Assembly (NCBI RefSeq): GCF_009914755.1
Contig: NC_060925.1
Direction: 5' to 3' (one strand)
Length of the DNA: 64,000 bases
Source: the human T2T-CHM13v2.0 reference genome, Homo sapiens
Shown: positions 18,116 through 30,632 of the stretch, piece by piece
Position numbering within the stretch: the first letter of the stretch is position 1
Layout of the letters: each line of letters begins with the position of its first letter
Translations under genes and position numbers: made by a program
The notes under the pieces: model-generated
The model's input: the letters and a program-made list of their open reading frames with translations, nothing else
The model's database searches: none
Told to the model about the DNA's origin: nothing

Positions 18116-18546
18116 CTGAGTCTTCATGACCCTTCAACCCTGATTACTACAGAATTCCAGAATGTTAGGCTCTCCAGGGCTTCTTTCCAAACCCCCAGCT
18201 CCACACCCCCCAGACCCAGCTGGTTCTGGAGTTCTAGGACATTGGGTGTTTCAAGGTTCTGTTCAGATCCCTATGGGGGCCCAGCTGGCTCCACGGTTCC
18301 AGAATGTTCAGGTGGTCAGTGTTCTACTCAGAAATGTCTCACAGCCCAGCTGGGTTGCAATTCCAGAATGCTGGGAGTTTTACAGTGCCATTCCAAGTCC
18401 CAGATGTCCCTCTTCCCCCAAACTTGACCTTGACCATGTCACTTTACGTTTGAATTTCTGAGCTAAAGAGTCAGAGAGATTAGTCACATAGTTGCCTAAA
18501 TAGGAGAGAGAAAGATTATATATGCACATATACAAAGACAGTGTCT

Positions 18547-18578
18547 ATTTATGATTGATTTATTTATTTATAAATTTA
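18547..18578 (+). promoter_or_regulatory. AU-rich element cluster in GPR3 3'UTR
   Basis: ATTTA at 18547, 18558, 18562, 18566, 18574; TTATTTATT nonamer at 18560-18568. Confidence 0.7.
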
Positions 18579-18881
18579 CTTATGGGTGGTAAGGGGCAAA
18601 AAAGAGGCCCACACCTTGATATCCAGGCCATACCAGGGTATCCCTTGTCCCTTCACCCCCATTTCTGACCTCAGTTCCTGGAGGGGGGAAAGGGTGAAAG
18701 AGAAACCACGTATTTTGTTATTATTTTGGATTATTTTTTATCGAAGAGATCATAGAAACCAGAGCCTTCTCCCCAGGCCTGCCCTCCTCGGGTTTGGAAG
18801 GGGAACACACCAGCCTCTGGTTTTTTATTTTTTTAAGAAGCCATCACCTGAGCAACCAAAAATTCCTCTGCGCTGGGGTCC

Positions 18882-18900
18882 GACTGCCCTCTGGTGGCCA
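18882..18900 (-). promoter_or_regulatory. CTCF motif in GPR3 3'UTR
   Basis: TGGCCACCAGAGGGCAGTC, near-consensus. Confidence 0.65.
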
Positions 18901-19114
18901 TTTGGGGAAAACTGCAGCCCGGCCAGGCAGCTGGGACCAGAATGCAACCCCAGCTCCACTCCAGCCTGGCGTCCAGGGCCACAGCCATGGCCTGGGGGCC
19001 AAGCCTCACCCTGCGGTGCCCTAAAGGAGGGGGGGCACGAGCCAACACCCCACCCCTCTGCCAACCGGGGTATGGCCCCCAGTGCATTCCCTGTTCCCGT
19101 CTCCAACCCAACTC

Positions 19115-19120
19115 AATAAA
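19115..19120 (+). terminator. GPR3 polyadenylation signal AATAAA
   Basis: AATAAA followed ~20-40 nt later by a TG-rich downstream element (tgtttccctatgtgtgtgtg). Confidence 0.88.
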
Positions 19121-19126
19121 AAATGA

Positions 19127-19793
<667 letters not shown>

Positions 19794-20045
19794 AATAATA
19801 GGTCCTTCTAATCATGGGTGCCTACTGTGTGTCTGGCACACATGCTACCTCGCTTATGCCTAATAAGCATCCCATGGCACCGGTAGTGTCTTCTCCATTT
19901 TACAAACGAGGGAGCTGAGGCTGAGTGAGGGACAGCAGCTGGCCCAAGGCCATACAGCTAAAAAATGGTAGAGCCAGGAACATCTGTTTCCAGAATCTGT
20001 GCTGTGTAGTGAGTGATTTCCTTCCTTCCCAAGCCTGGAGCTTAG

Positions 20046-20366
<321 letters not shown>

Positions 20367-20846
20367 GGACCCTGATTTATTTTGGGGTTCATTTTTAGGG
20401 CCACATTTGGGAAGTGGTCGGAGGGGGTCTGGTCATTTTGGAGTCAGAAGAGCTTTTCTACGCAAAGGTGAGTGACTATCAGTGTGTGCCTTTGGGGACA
20501 TATGTGTGCAGGACCCAGAGTTTGGGTACTTGAGGAGAGGAAGCTGACCCCAGAAAGAATGTGTCTATCAGGCCAGGGCAGCAGCAGGTTTGGGGTGTGG
20601 CTGAAGAGGAAGCTTTGATTGGCCAAGCCTCCCAGCTTCCCAAGCCTTATTTTTGGGCAAAGCTTGGAGGTGGGGCTCTTGGAGCATTTCTGGCTCACCC
20701 CTCCACATACAGACAGGAGCCCGAGGCCCAAAGAGGAGCAACCATTTGCTCAAACTCGCACAGCTGTGCCAGGCTAGGACACAGGCCTTTCTCCATTTCC
20801 CTGGCAGAGTTAGAGCCCTTTTGTCTGGTGTAAAGATCCCTCCCTT

Positions 20847-21146
20847 GGCCAGGTGTGGTGGCTTACGCCCGTAATCCCAGCACTTTGGGAGGCCGAGGCG
20901 GGCAGATCACCTGAGTCAGGAGTTCGAGACCAGCCTGGTCAACATGATGAAACCCTGTCTCTACTAAAAATACAAAAAATTAGCCGGATGTGGAGCCTAT
21001 AATCCCAGCTACTTGGGAGGCTGAGTCAGGAGAATCGCTTGAGCCCGGGAGGCAGAGGTTGCAGTGAGCTGTGAGCCAAGATCGCGCCATTGCACTCCAG
21101 CCTGGGCAACAGAGTGAGATTCCGTCCCCACCCCCCAACCAAAAAA
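20847..21146 (+). mobile_element. AluS, TSD atccctccc
   Basis: Full dimer with degenerate tail. Confidence 0.88.
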
Positions 21147-22703
21147 ATCCCTCCCAGTAGTCTGAGGAGAGTCGTCATGCCAATAGGCCCAGGCACAAAG
21201 CGGGGAGGCCGCACCAGGTCAGGCCAAGCTTTATTCTATCCCCACCCTCCTGACAGGTCCCTGGGAAAAGTCCCTACTCAGCAGGCCCCTCCCCCACGCC
21301 AAACATTCCATACCATCACCGTGGCTTTGTCAAATGGGTACCATTGCTCCTCCCCATTTTACAAAAGAAGAAGTTGAGGCTCCAAGAGTAATGGGCCTTC
21401 ATTCATTCACTGCTGTCCTTGTGGACAGCTTAAATTCTAGCTGGGGGAAATAGTAATACAAAGTTTTTCCCAAAATGTAATATTACACAGTGGTAAGTCC
21501 TCAGAGAAAGAGCAGGGGAAGAAGGATGGGGAGGGTGTGAGTAATTTTTAAATTAGGGTGCCCAGGAAAAGCCTCCCTGAGAGGTGACATTGGATTGGTC
21601 CAAAGTCAGAGGGTTGGTAAGGAGTTGAGCTGGGATTTGAACCCAGGCCCATTTGACTCTAAATCTCTTTCTTTCCTGGATGAGGGAGCGTGTTTCAGGA
21701 ACAACCCAGAAACATCAAGCAAGGAAACTGGGGTAAATCCCCAGGCTGGGGGAAAGCAGGGGGTCTCCAGGTTAAACCCAGACCTCTGGAGGCACAGCAC
21801 AGGGCAGGGCCTTGTTGCTGCCTCCACCATCATGCTCCTGAGGAGCCCCACCAAGGTCCAGAGGAGAGAGGCCAGGTGCCCGTCCTACCCTGGGTGAGTC
21901 TCAGCCCTTTGCTTCCCCAGCCCAGCTTCCAGCTCCAGGGCCCAAGAAGGGACCTGCCGCCATCCTTGTGTCTGGGAGGGCCTGTGTCGGGCCCCTGCAC
22001 TGAGGGGCTTCCTCTGTCTCTCTGGGGGTGGCTGTGGGCTGGAGCTGAGGTGTTTCTGGCAGACTGGATCTGGGGTCTCTGCTTTGGGTCCTGGGCCTAC
22101 CTTGAGGGGTGTTTGAATCTGTCCCTCAGGTTGGTTCCTGTGTGTGTGGTGGGGCTGGCTGGCTTTTCCCTCCTCCCAGGATTCTGCAGATCAGCTTAGC
22201 ACTTCTTCCCAGTACCTCCACTCCATGCTTCCTCCAGGAAGCCTCCCTGCCTGAGCCCTTTTGTAGCTGTGAGAATGTGATCCATACAATATGCCTTACT
22301 ACACCTCCCCTGAGTAAATATTTGTAGAGAAGTCTTCCCTCCCTCCTCAGAATGAAGACAGGGCTGTGTGTCCTTCCTCCAGTTGAGGGTTCCTGAGAGA
22401 AGGGATGTCTGTCTGCTCAAACCGAAGGCTCCTGAAGGCAGATCTTTCTCTCTCCTCAGAACTAGGGGCTCCTGAATACAAAGTCATGTCTCTCCCCTCA
22501 GGCTGGGAACTTCTGAGAGCAGAGCTGTCTCCTCCCTTAGGCTGGGGGCCTCTTGAGAACAGGGTCATGTCTTTTGCCTCAGATTGAGGATCCCTGAGGG
22601 TAGGACTGTGTCTTCCCCACTCAGACTGAGGCCTCCTGTGTCTCCTTCAAGCCTCAGAGTCCTCTGGTGCCCACAGCCTGGAGCTGCTCAGCACCGCATG
22701 CTT

Positions 22704-22728
22704 TGTGTGTGTGTGTGCGCGCGCGCGC
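22704..22728. repeat. (TG)7(CG)5 alternating purine-pyrimidine tract
   Basis: tgtgtgtgtgtgtgcgcgcgcgcgc. Confidence 0.9.
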
Positions 22729-23214
22729 CCGCGCATTTGCTTGTGTGTAATTGGGGAGGGGTAGCCACACCTCCCAGCCTCTCTGCCTCTGACAGCTTTC
22801 CAACCCCCATGCCTGATCCCTCCCAACTACAGGGGTCCAGGAAGGTCAGCTGGTGACGTGGCCCCCTGAATTGGGGGAGGCAAGGCTAGGGCCAAGAGCC
22901 CCACCTTCCTGCTGGGGTAGGCCCTGGGATGGGGCTGGAGCCCATCTCTCCTCCCCGCCTCCCTTGGTCCTATGTGGGTGTGTGGGGGCAGCCCTGAGTG
23001 CTGAGCCCCTGCCGGGGCCATGTCCGCCTCTCCTTGCAATAAGTGAGGAGACAGTAGCTATTAATATAAGATGAGTTCACGGGCTCACAGCTTCCGCAGG
23101 CTGGAAAACAGGCTCCCGGGGCTGGGGGCTGCGGCAAGGCTCGGCTGTCAGATTCCCTCCTGGAGCCTGGAGACCGCCAGTCCCGCATCCCCCAGCTCCT
23201 TCCATGCTGAGACC

Positions 23215-23655
23215 TGCGTGCACAGACACACACTCATGTCACATGCAGGCACACATGTATAGGCACCTGGCTGTTCTGAGAACACACACACAGGCAGACA
23301 TGTATGTAGGTATACCCAGATGCACCTGCACACTAGCACACACACACTTGTGCACACAGATACATCACTGCACATGTGTACACTGACCATGTCAACTTTC
23401 TGTGCATATTTAGTGCTGAAGCACACACTTCAATGTACATGCCCTTGCACACATGTACACACCCTTGTGTGTGTGTACACAGGCACAACAACCATGTATG
23501 CATACCTAAACCCATTAGCACAGCCACATATACACAAAACCGCACTGCATATAATGTCCATAGTCATGTATACACATTTGCATGCAGCACCAGATTCAAG
23601 GACTTGAATGAATGCATGTGCACGCCCTTTCACACACAGCGTACACACACTTGCA
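23215..23655. repeat. Degenerate CA/CACATG low-complexity block
   Basis: Dense cacac/acatg/tgtac words. Confidence 0.75.
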
Positions 23656-24124
23656 AATGTTCCCCGCTGCTGGCAGTGCTCAGCAATCCTGAATTTACAG
23701 GCTGACCCTCGGTTTCCAGAACCAACGGGCTGGCTCAACCTCCGCTCCTTGTCTTCCCTCTCTCCTTGCGTCATCACAGGCAGCTCATGGCCCTGCCAAC
23801 CCCAATGCCTGCCTTCAGCTTCCCGCCCCCCGGGGGGCCTCCGATCCATGATTAACCCCCTCGCTAATTGGCCACCAGCCCCTTGACTTTGCTGCAGGCC
23901 TTCTCAGGAGCTGGGAGCAAGAGGCTGCAAATTGGCCAAGCAGGATGGGTCTAGGGAATACTGTGCATGTTGAGGGTGAGGGTGGGGGTACTGCAAGCCC
24001 TGCATTGTGACTGGCTGGAGCCAGGTAGTGCACCCCCTATTCCAGGGCTGGGCAGAACACTGGCTTCATACTCTCTTGGGAGGGCACTCCTATGATTCAT
24101 TATCTACACAGTCACCTGAAGCCA

Positions 24125-24520
24125 GCCCTGCATGCACATTTACACACACTCACCAGCCATGTGTGCAGACATATTCCACCCCACTTGGCACACTAACAGG
24201 TGAACATCTGCACAGACCCAAGTACACTCATAAATGTACCAAGTATGCATGCAAGCAAAATTTCATATGTTCATAGTCACCCGCCAGATATGCAGACATC
24301 ATTTATATATGTACATCCAAACACACGAATGCAGTTGCATGTATATGGGCTCACAAACACATACACTTACACATTACACATGCCCATGAAGGTTCTAAGT
24401 GTGCTTGCAGGCATGCACCAACATCCAACTACTATCCACATTATGATTTATACATGTGGAGTCCAGATATGCATGCACATCCATCCATGCACACCGCTCA
24501 CATGCGTGTATATGCCCTGA
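24125..24520. repeat. Second degenerate CA/CACATG low-complexity block
   Basis: Same word composition as 23215-23655. Confidence 0.65.
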
Positions 24521-25330
24521 TGAACAAGCTACCAAATGGCCGCACGCTAGGGAGAACCCTCTTTAGCTAGCCTCTGGCTTTACATAAAAGCTTGAGGTTT
24601 GCTCAGTCTACTGGTGGGGATAGGGAGTGATGGAACCCACTCAAGTTCCAACCTGTCTCTCCCCAGCCTCCTGGGGAGAGGTCCTGGGACCTCCTCTGGA
24701 CTCCCCCTAAGCCTTCAGGCAGCCACATGGACCCTGTCATGGTTCCAACACAAAAGGCCAGAGATTCTGGCTTCCCTTGCAGTTTCAGTCTCCTTGGCTG
24801 TGGCTCAAGCCCACAAGGTGTTCTGCTCTCTTGTAGGCAGTCTAGGGCATTGGAAAAAAAGTTTCTATTTCCATGTCTGCTGCTAGCTTGCTGTGTGACT
24901 TCAGGCAAGTTGCTGTGGCTCTCTGTATCTTGTTTCCTCATCTATAAAATAGAACAAAAGGCGTTGTATTTGTAATCCTTCCAAGACACACACTCTGGGA
25001 GCGGCATCAGTTCCCAAGATGGTGCAACGCCAGAGTGGAGGGGCTACATACATCATCACAGTCAACTCTTTGTTGAATAGGTGAGGAAGCTGAGGCCCAA
25101 GGTGGGAGCTAGATCTGACCTCTGACTTCTCAGCCAGGAAGTCTGCTCCTTTTTAATGATGTGTGCAGTGTGAGCTCGTGTGTGCATACCGTGGACATGC
25201 ACGGACAGCTTCTTAGGTAAAGGCAGGGAAGGCAGCTAGGCAGGACCCCTTGCCCCAAATATTAACCACTCTCCCTGTCATCAAGGGACTGGCAATTCTC
25301 CCATAAAAGATTCCTTTGGATGTGAAAGGC

Positions 25331-25674
<344 letters not shown>

Positions 25675-25822
25675 TAAGCGCCCACACCTCCTGGGGCTGA
25701 GGGGCAGTTCAGTGGGAGCACCTGAAACTGCTCCCAGCCCCATGATCTAGGAGGGAACTGGTTGACAACTAGCCCCGAGCAGAACTTCCAGGAAATGGTG
25801 CCAGGTTGCCCTGGCCACTGGG

Positions 25823-25841
25823 CAGCCAGGAGGGGGCAGTG
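25823..25841 (+). promoter_or_regulatory. CTCF motif
   Basis: CAGCCAGGAGGGGGCAGTG. Confidence 0.5.
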
Positions 25842-26279
25842 AGGAACTGGTGGAGGCAGCAAGTAGGGAGGGCGGCTCCCGAGGAATGTGTGAGGGCTGC
25901 CTGCGATTATGGGTTCCTGAAATCATGTGCTGGTTTGTGTCCTTGTGCAAACAACAGGGATCTGTGCACGATATGTGCACCGGTCCTCATGTGCCCACTC
26001 ACGTGTCTCTGTGAAGCCCCAGCCCATACCTATAGGGAACCCACTTTCTTCTTAGGTAGCCAAGGGTGCAGGCACTTCCTGCTCTAAAGGTCTGGGATAG
26101 CCAGGCCCTCAGCCAAGCTCACTTGATTTCAAAGCGAGAGCAAAAATGACCATCACCGTTCACTGCCCTTATAAAACTGGGCACCAGGGAGTGGGGCAGG
26201 TAAGAATGGAAACCTTTAACAGGCTCCCTACAACGTTAAAGCCCTCAATGATTTTGGATGGAGACTCAAGCCGTTTCAG

Positions 26280-26590
26280 TTGCATGGTAAACAGAGCATT
26301 GGGCTCTGGCTAGAGAGAGGCCTGTGTTTGAACCACGTTCTGTTCCTGGCCAGCTATGTGATCTTAGGCAACTGTGAATCTGTTTCTCTTCTGTGTAAAA
26401 TGGGGGACCCTTGCCTCTTAAGAATGAAATAAAAGATATGCAGTCTTTGGCAGGTAGTGGGCGCTCAATAAATGCTTATTCTTCTCAGGATCAGCCCAAG
26501 GAGGTGAAGCGACTTGCACAGGGTCACAGCTTCCGAGTGGCAGGGCCAGAATTCAAGCTCAGGCCTCTTGCTTCCCAAAGCCACATTCCT
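26280..26590. mobile_element. MIR fragments
   Basis: agctatgtgatcttaggcaa...tgtaaaatgggg; gaggtgaagcgacttgcacagggtcacagct. Confidence 0.65.
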
Positions 26591-27570
26591 TCCCTCCAAT
26601 TCCCTAGCAAGGGCGGCTCCCGAACCACCATTTTGTCTTCTGCCAGGGCGGGTGTCTGGCTGCCTGTCAGTCACCGGCCTAGGGAAGCCAAGTGCTGACT
26701 AAACACAGGCCTGAGCAGGCGGGTGGAGCAAAGGGGCTCTGCAAGGGCGAACTGGCTCCGCGGCCCCCTTCTCTGCACCACCACCTCCAGCGATGAGCTC
26801 AGAGCGGCTGGCGCAGCAGTTGCTGACAATTCAAAACTTCTGCCGCCTCTCCTGGGATGCCAGTGGGTGACTCTCTCTCCGAACAGCAGGCGTGACCCGC
26901 AGTCACCAACTCTGCTCCCGCCCCTCTCCCGGGGGCCACTACACTGTGTCTGCTGGGCCCGGAACTGGGTGTCTGCTCATAAATTACCCCCAGGGACAGT
27001 TACCCGCAGCAGCTGTGCTCGGAACAACCGTTGCTTCCTGGGTAGGTCATTTTTTGGGTCAGAATACAAACCCAGCCGCCTCGCCTTCCTCAGGCAGGAG
27101 AAGGGGCGTGCAGCAGCCTAAACCTTTTATCGGATTCCATTGTAAATCGTTCTATTTAAGGTAAGTTGCTTGGGTCTGAGAGGCAGACAAGATGCCGGCC
27201 AGATGTTGGGCGCAGCATCAGCATTCAGCCTGTACTCCTCTCCTGCCTGATGCAAACAGTTGCCAGCAGATTGTCTCCTGAGGCCCCAGCACACCCCCTT
27301 TCTCATGGTGAGAAGGGGACTGGGTATCTGGGTCTGCAGGTCCTCCAACCTGGGTCTCCTCCTAAACTGAAATGGTTTCCAGCCTTCTCCACCTCTGCAC
27401 ACAATGCACTTTCCACACCCAAAAGCCTCCTGCCCTTTAGGCCCACCCACACTGGAGCCCCTCCTGAGCTCTGGCCACCACCTGTGGCTGTTAGTGTCAT
27501 TTCCTTCTAATCTCTTGTCCCATTAAAACAATACCACAAACACCAGAGGTGGCTGAGTGGCTACAAAGAC

Positions 27571-27576
27571 TTTATC
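27571..27576 (-). terminator. Candidate non-canonical WASF2 poly(A) signal GATAAA
   Basis: TGTA motifs upstream (~27616-27625) and ctggtgtttgtggtattgtttt downstream on the minus strand. Confidence 0.6.
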
Positions 27577-30509
27577 AAATTATTTTAAATGTTGGCATTT
27601 AAGTATTCATGTGTATACAGTTACATGGAACCTTCAGGTCAGTGGGGCACAAATGTGGTATACACACGATGAGCCTGGCAGGGAAGCAAATGAGACCAGG
27701 CTTGGAGCTACAGGGATTTAAAAAAATTGGATGTCTTTCTGAGGGTCTGAGAAGAATAGGGCAGAAGAGGAAAGGGTCACTTTAGGGGTCTGGCTTAACC
27801 CACTGCCTAGATCTCCAACTGAAGAGCTCCTTTCCCATCCTCAGGGGAAGAGTGCCTGTTTTCAAACGGCATCCCTACTACACATATACCCCCCTTCCCT
27901 AAAATCTTGATGTGGCAAACACACCCAAGAACCCACAGGAATATGTCCTTATAAATATGTTTGTATCAGAGAAAACAAGGCACTTTGGGAGCATTATGGC
28001 TTACTCTACTACATGTACATCATTCTAGACAGAAAGTAAAAACTGGTTAGTTCCTCAAGTGAATTAACTGAATAAACTTAATACAATAACAAAATTGTTC
28101 CCTAACCCACACTGAGGCACAGTTAAAGGGAACATGGTAGGAGGCACAGAAGGAGGCACAGAATGAGGCACATCTCTGCGCGACACCTGGTCCCAGGTCA
28201 GTTGGACCCCAGCAGGGCTCAAAGCCTGATGCCTCCAGGAAGCCTGACATCTCTCATGAGCAAAGCCCCCTGGCCTTGGAGCACTGGCTCCCTCCCTCCC
28301 CATACCCTGAAGTCAGGTGAGGGGCCGCAGTGGGAGGCAGTCCTAGAGCAGAGCTGGGACACGGTGGGAATGCTTAAGCAGGGTCACCAAAGCCACAGAG
28401 ACCTCAATCTGTCCAAGCTGGCACTGCAGAGTCAGAGGATGGGCGCCACGGGAAGAGATTTCACATTAGCTGTGACAACACCGCCTCGGCTCTGCGTTGA
28501 CATTGGCCAGGGTCGTTTCTGAGGGCGCTCGGGCTTCCACTGGAGGCGAGCTGGAGCCTGGGCCAGCTGCTCTGAGCCTCCAAGGGCTGGCTGAGCCTGC
28601 CCCCTCCCCCAGGCTGCTCCTTTGGAATGTACCCATCTCACAACCAAGGCAAAGCCACAAGTTGCTTCTGACACTATTGGAAGCTGGGCCCCAGGGCCAC
28701 AGGAATGGGGGCAGGTCCCTTGGGCGGGGTGAACCAGGAAGGGAGGAGGCTCCTTGGCTTCGGCGCTTAGGAGTCCTTATGGGCCATTGTTCCATACTCT
28801 CACTAGCTTAGGCCCAGATTAAATAATCACTAAACTTTGCATTCTACATTACGTGAGTCCAAAAACAGGATTACCTGCATTGGGTCCTTTATCATCTTAA
28901 AGGGCTCTGGGTCTAAAGAAGCCTTTTTTTTTTTTTTTTTTTTTTGGTGCATATGCATAAGTGGAGCCCAGAGGGCCTCTCGGCTCACTGGGTCCCCGGC
29001 CCCCCGAGCTGAGGAGGCTTCGCAAGGCCGGCTGCTACAAAGTGCCGAGCTTGGCTGCATAGATTTTAATGAGAGCGTCAGGCAGAGCTGTGCTGTTGCT
29101 CTCCGGGACTTGCAGATCATTACCAAACCAACTGTAGGATGAGAACATAGCACATCGAAACCCTAGGAGGTCACTGAGCTAATGATCTAATCCTACCTTC
29201 CGCAGGCAGTGCCCCTCCCCACCTCCTCCTGCCCCCAGCCCTTTCCACGATGGACTCAGTCCATTCCAGAAGCCAGGCCAACACCGCCCCCTTCAAGGTC
29301 AGAGCAGAATGACAGTGAGTGGCTCTAGCTCTCCCTTTTCCGGGCAAGGAGGATGGGGGTAATTTAGTCAAAGCCATTAGGCCCAAACCCTGGCCTGGCC
29401 AGGCCCCAGGTCTCCTATTTGGGAGAACCACTGCCCTCTGCCTGCCTCTCCAACTACTGCTGGGCTGCGGCCCAGGCGCCTTCAACGACCATTTTAGGGT
29501 TCTGATGAAAGCACCTTCGGCTTCTAAGGTGCAGGCTGGGAAACAAGGTGGGGGCCCACATAGCCTGGTGTCTCAGCATGGAGCTTAGTGCCAAGTCCTG
29601 TGCCAGAGACACCTGATGTGTAAAGAGGGAAGAGGGCACACTTGGGAGTGGCCACAGCAAGACGGCATGCTGTCCCCTACAGGCTCAGTCCCCACACCCT
29701 GAGTTCCAGGAAAGAAGGCAGAGGAGAAGCGGCCAGCAAGGGCACAGAGGCAGAACCCATGACTATACACTCTCTCCTCAAGCCGGAGGGCTTTATGAGG
29801 GCTTTGGCAATTACTACAACCATTTGCTGTGCTGGGTAGGGACAGATCCTGTTTCTCTTTGTTTCAGGGCTCTGAAAGCCGGAGAAGCCAGCAGAAGCCG
29901 ATTTCAGCATAAGAGGCTACACAATAGTTAGGGCAGAAGAAAAGAAACCTCACTGTTGGCTAGAGCTGACCAGTTTTTTTCTGAATAATAGCACCTGTGT
30001 ATTAGCTCTGGGAAAAGCGGGAAGGGAGGGAGGGAGGGAGCGAGCTTCACCATGTGCAGTGAGGGGAGCTGGAAACAGGACCTGGAGCCCCTCTGCCTTT
30101 CAGCCTGCTTCATGGCTGCCAGGCACCCCCCACCCCCAGGCAGGTACTGGCATGGCTGCCAGCCTGAGGGACTGAAGTTTCCACAGTTGGCAGAATCTTT
30201 GTTTAAATTGGGGAAATAAAAGGGGGAGGAGTTGCAGAGGAATTGAAAGCAGCACCTGTCAAAGCTGCCTATCCCCTTCCTTCTCTCACTACTTCTGGTC
30301 CCCCAGAGAGGCTGGTCCCAAGGCTATGTGGTTGGCTGGTGACAGAAAAGGGGCAACAAAGAATGACAAGAGAGGCTATGAAGGTCTGAGCAGCACCGAC
30401 AGGGCTGGCACAGACCCTGAGCCTTCCTACTGGGACCCCAACCTATGGTGAGGTCTGGAGTAGCAATACAACTGAGAAAGCTCTGCCCGGACTCCAGCAG
30501 GTGCCCATT

Positions 30510-30632
30510 CTTTGGTCCCAGAAAGCACAGGTGACTTGGAATCAGGAACTCTGCGCTCTAGCTATGTCACTATCCAATTGTGTGACCTTGAGCAAGTCAC
30601 TTCCCATCTCTAGGCCTCAGCATCCTTAAAGG
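30510..30632. mobile_element. MIR inside WASF2 3'UTR
   Basis: tgtgtgaccttgagcaagtcacttcccatctctaggcctcag. Confidence 0.7.

Noticed and set aside
23204-24520. His/Thr/Cys-rich ORFs
   Set aside because: Products of CA/TG low-complexity DNA.
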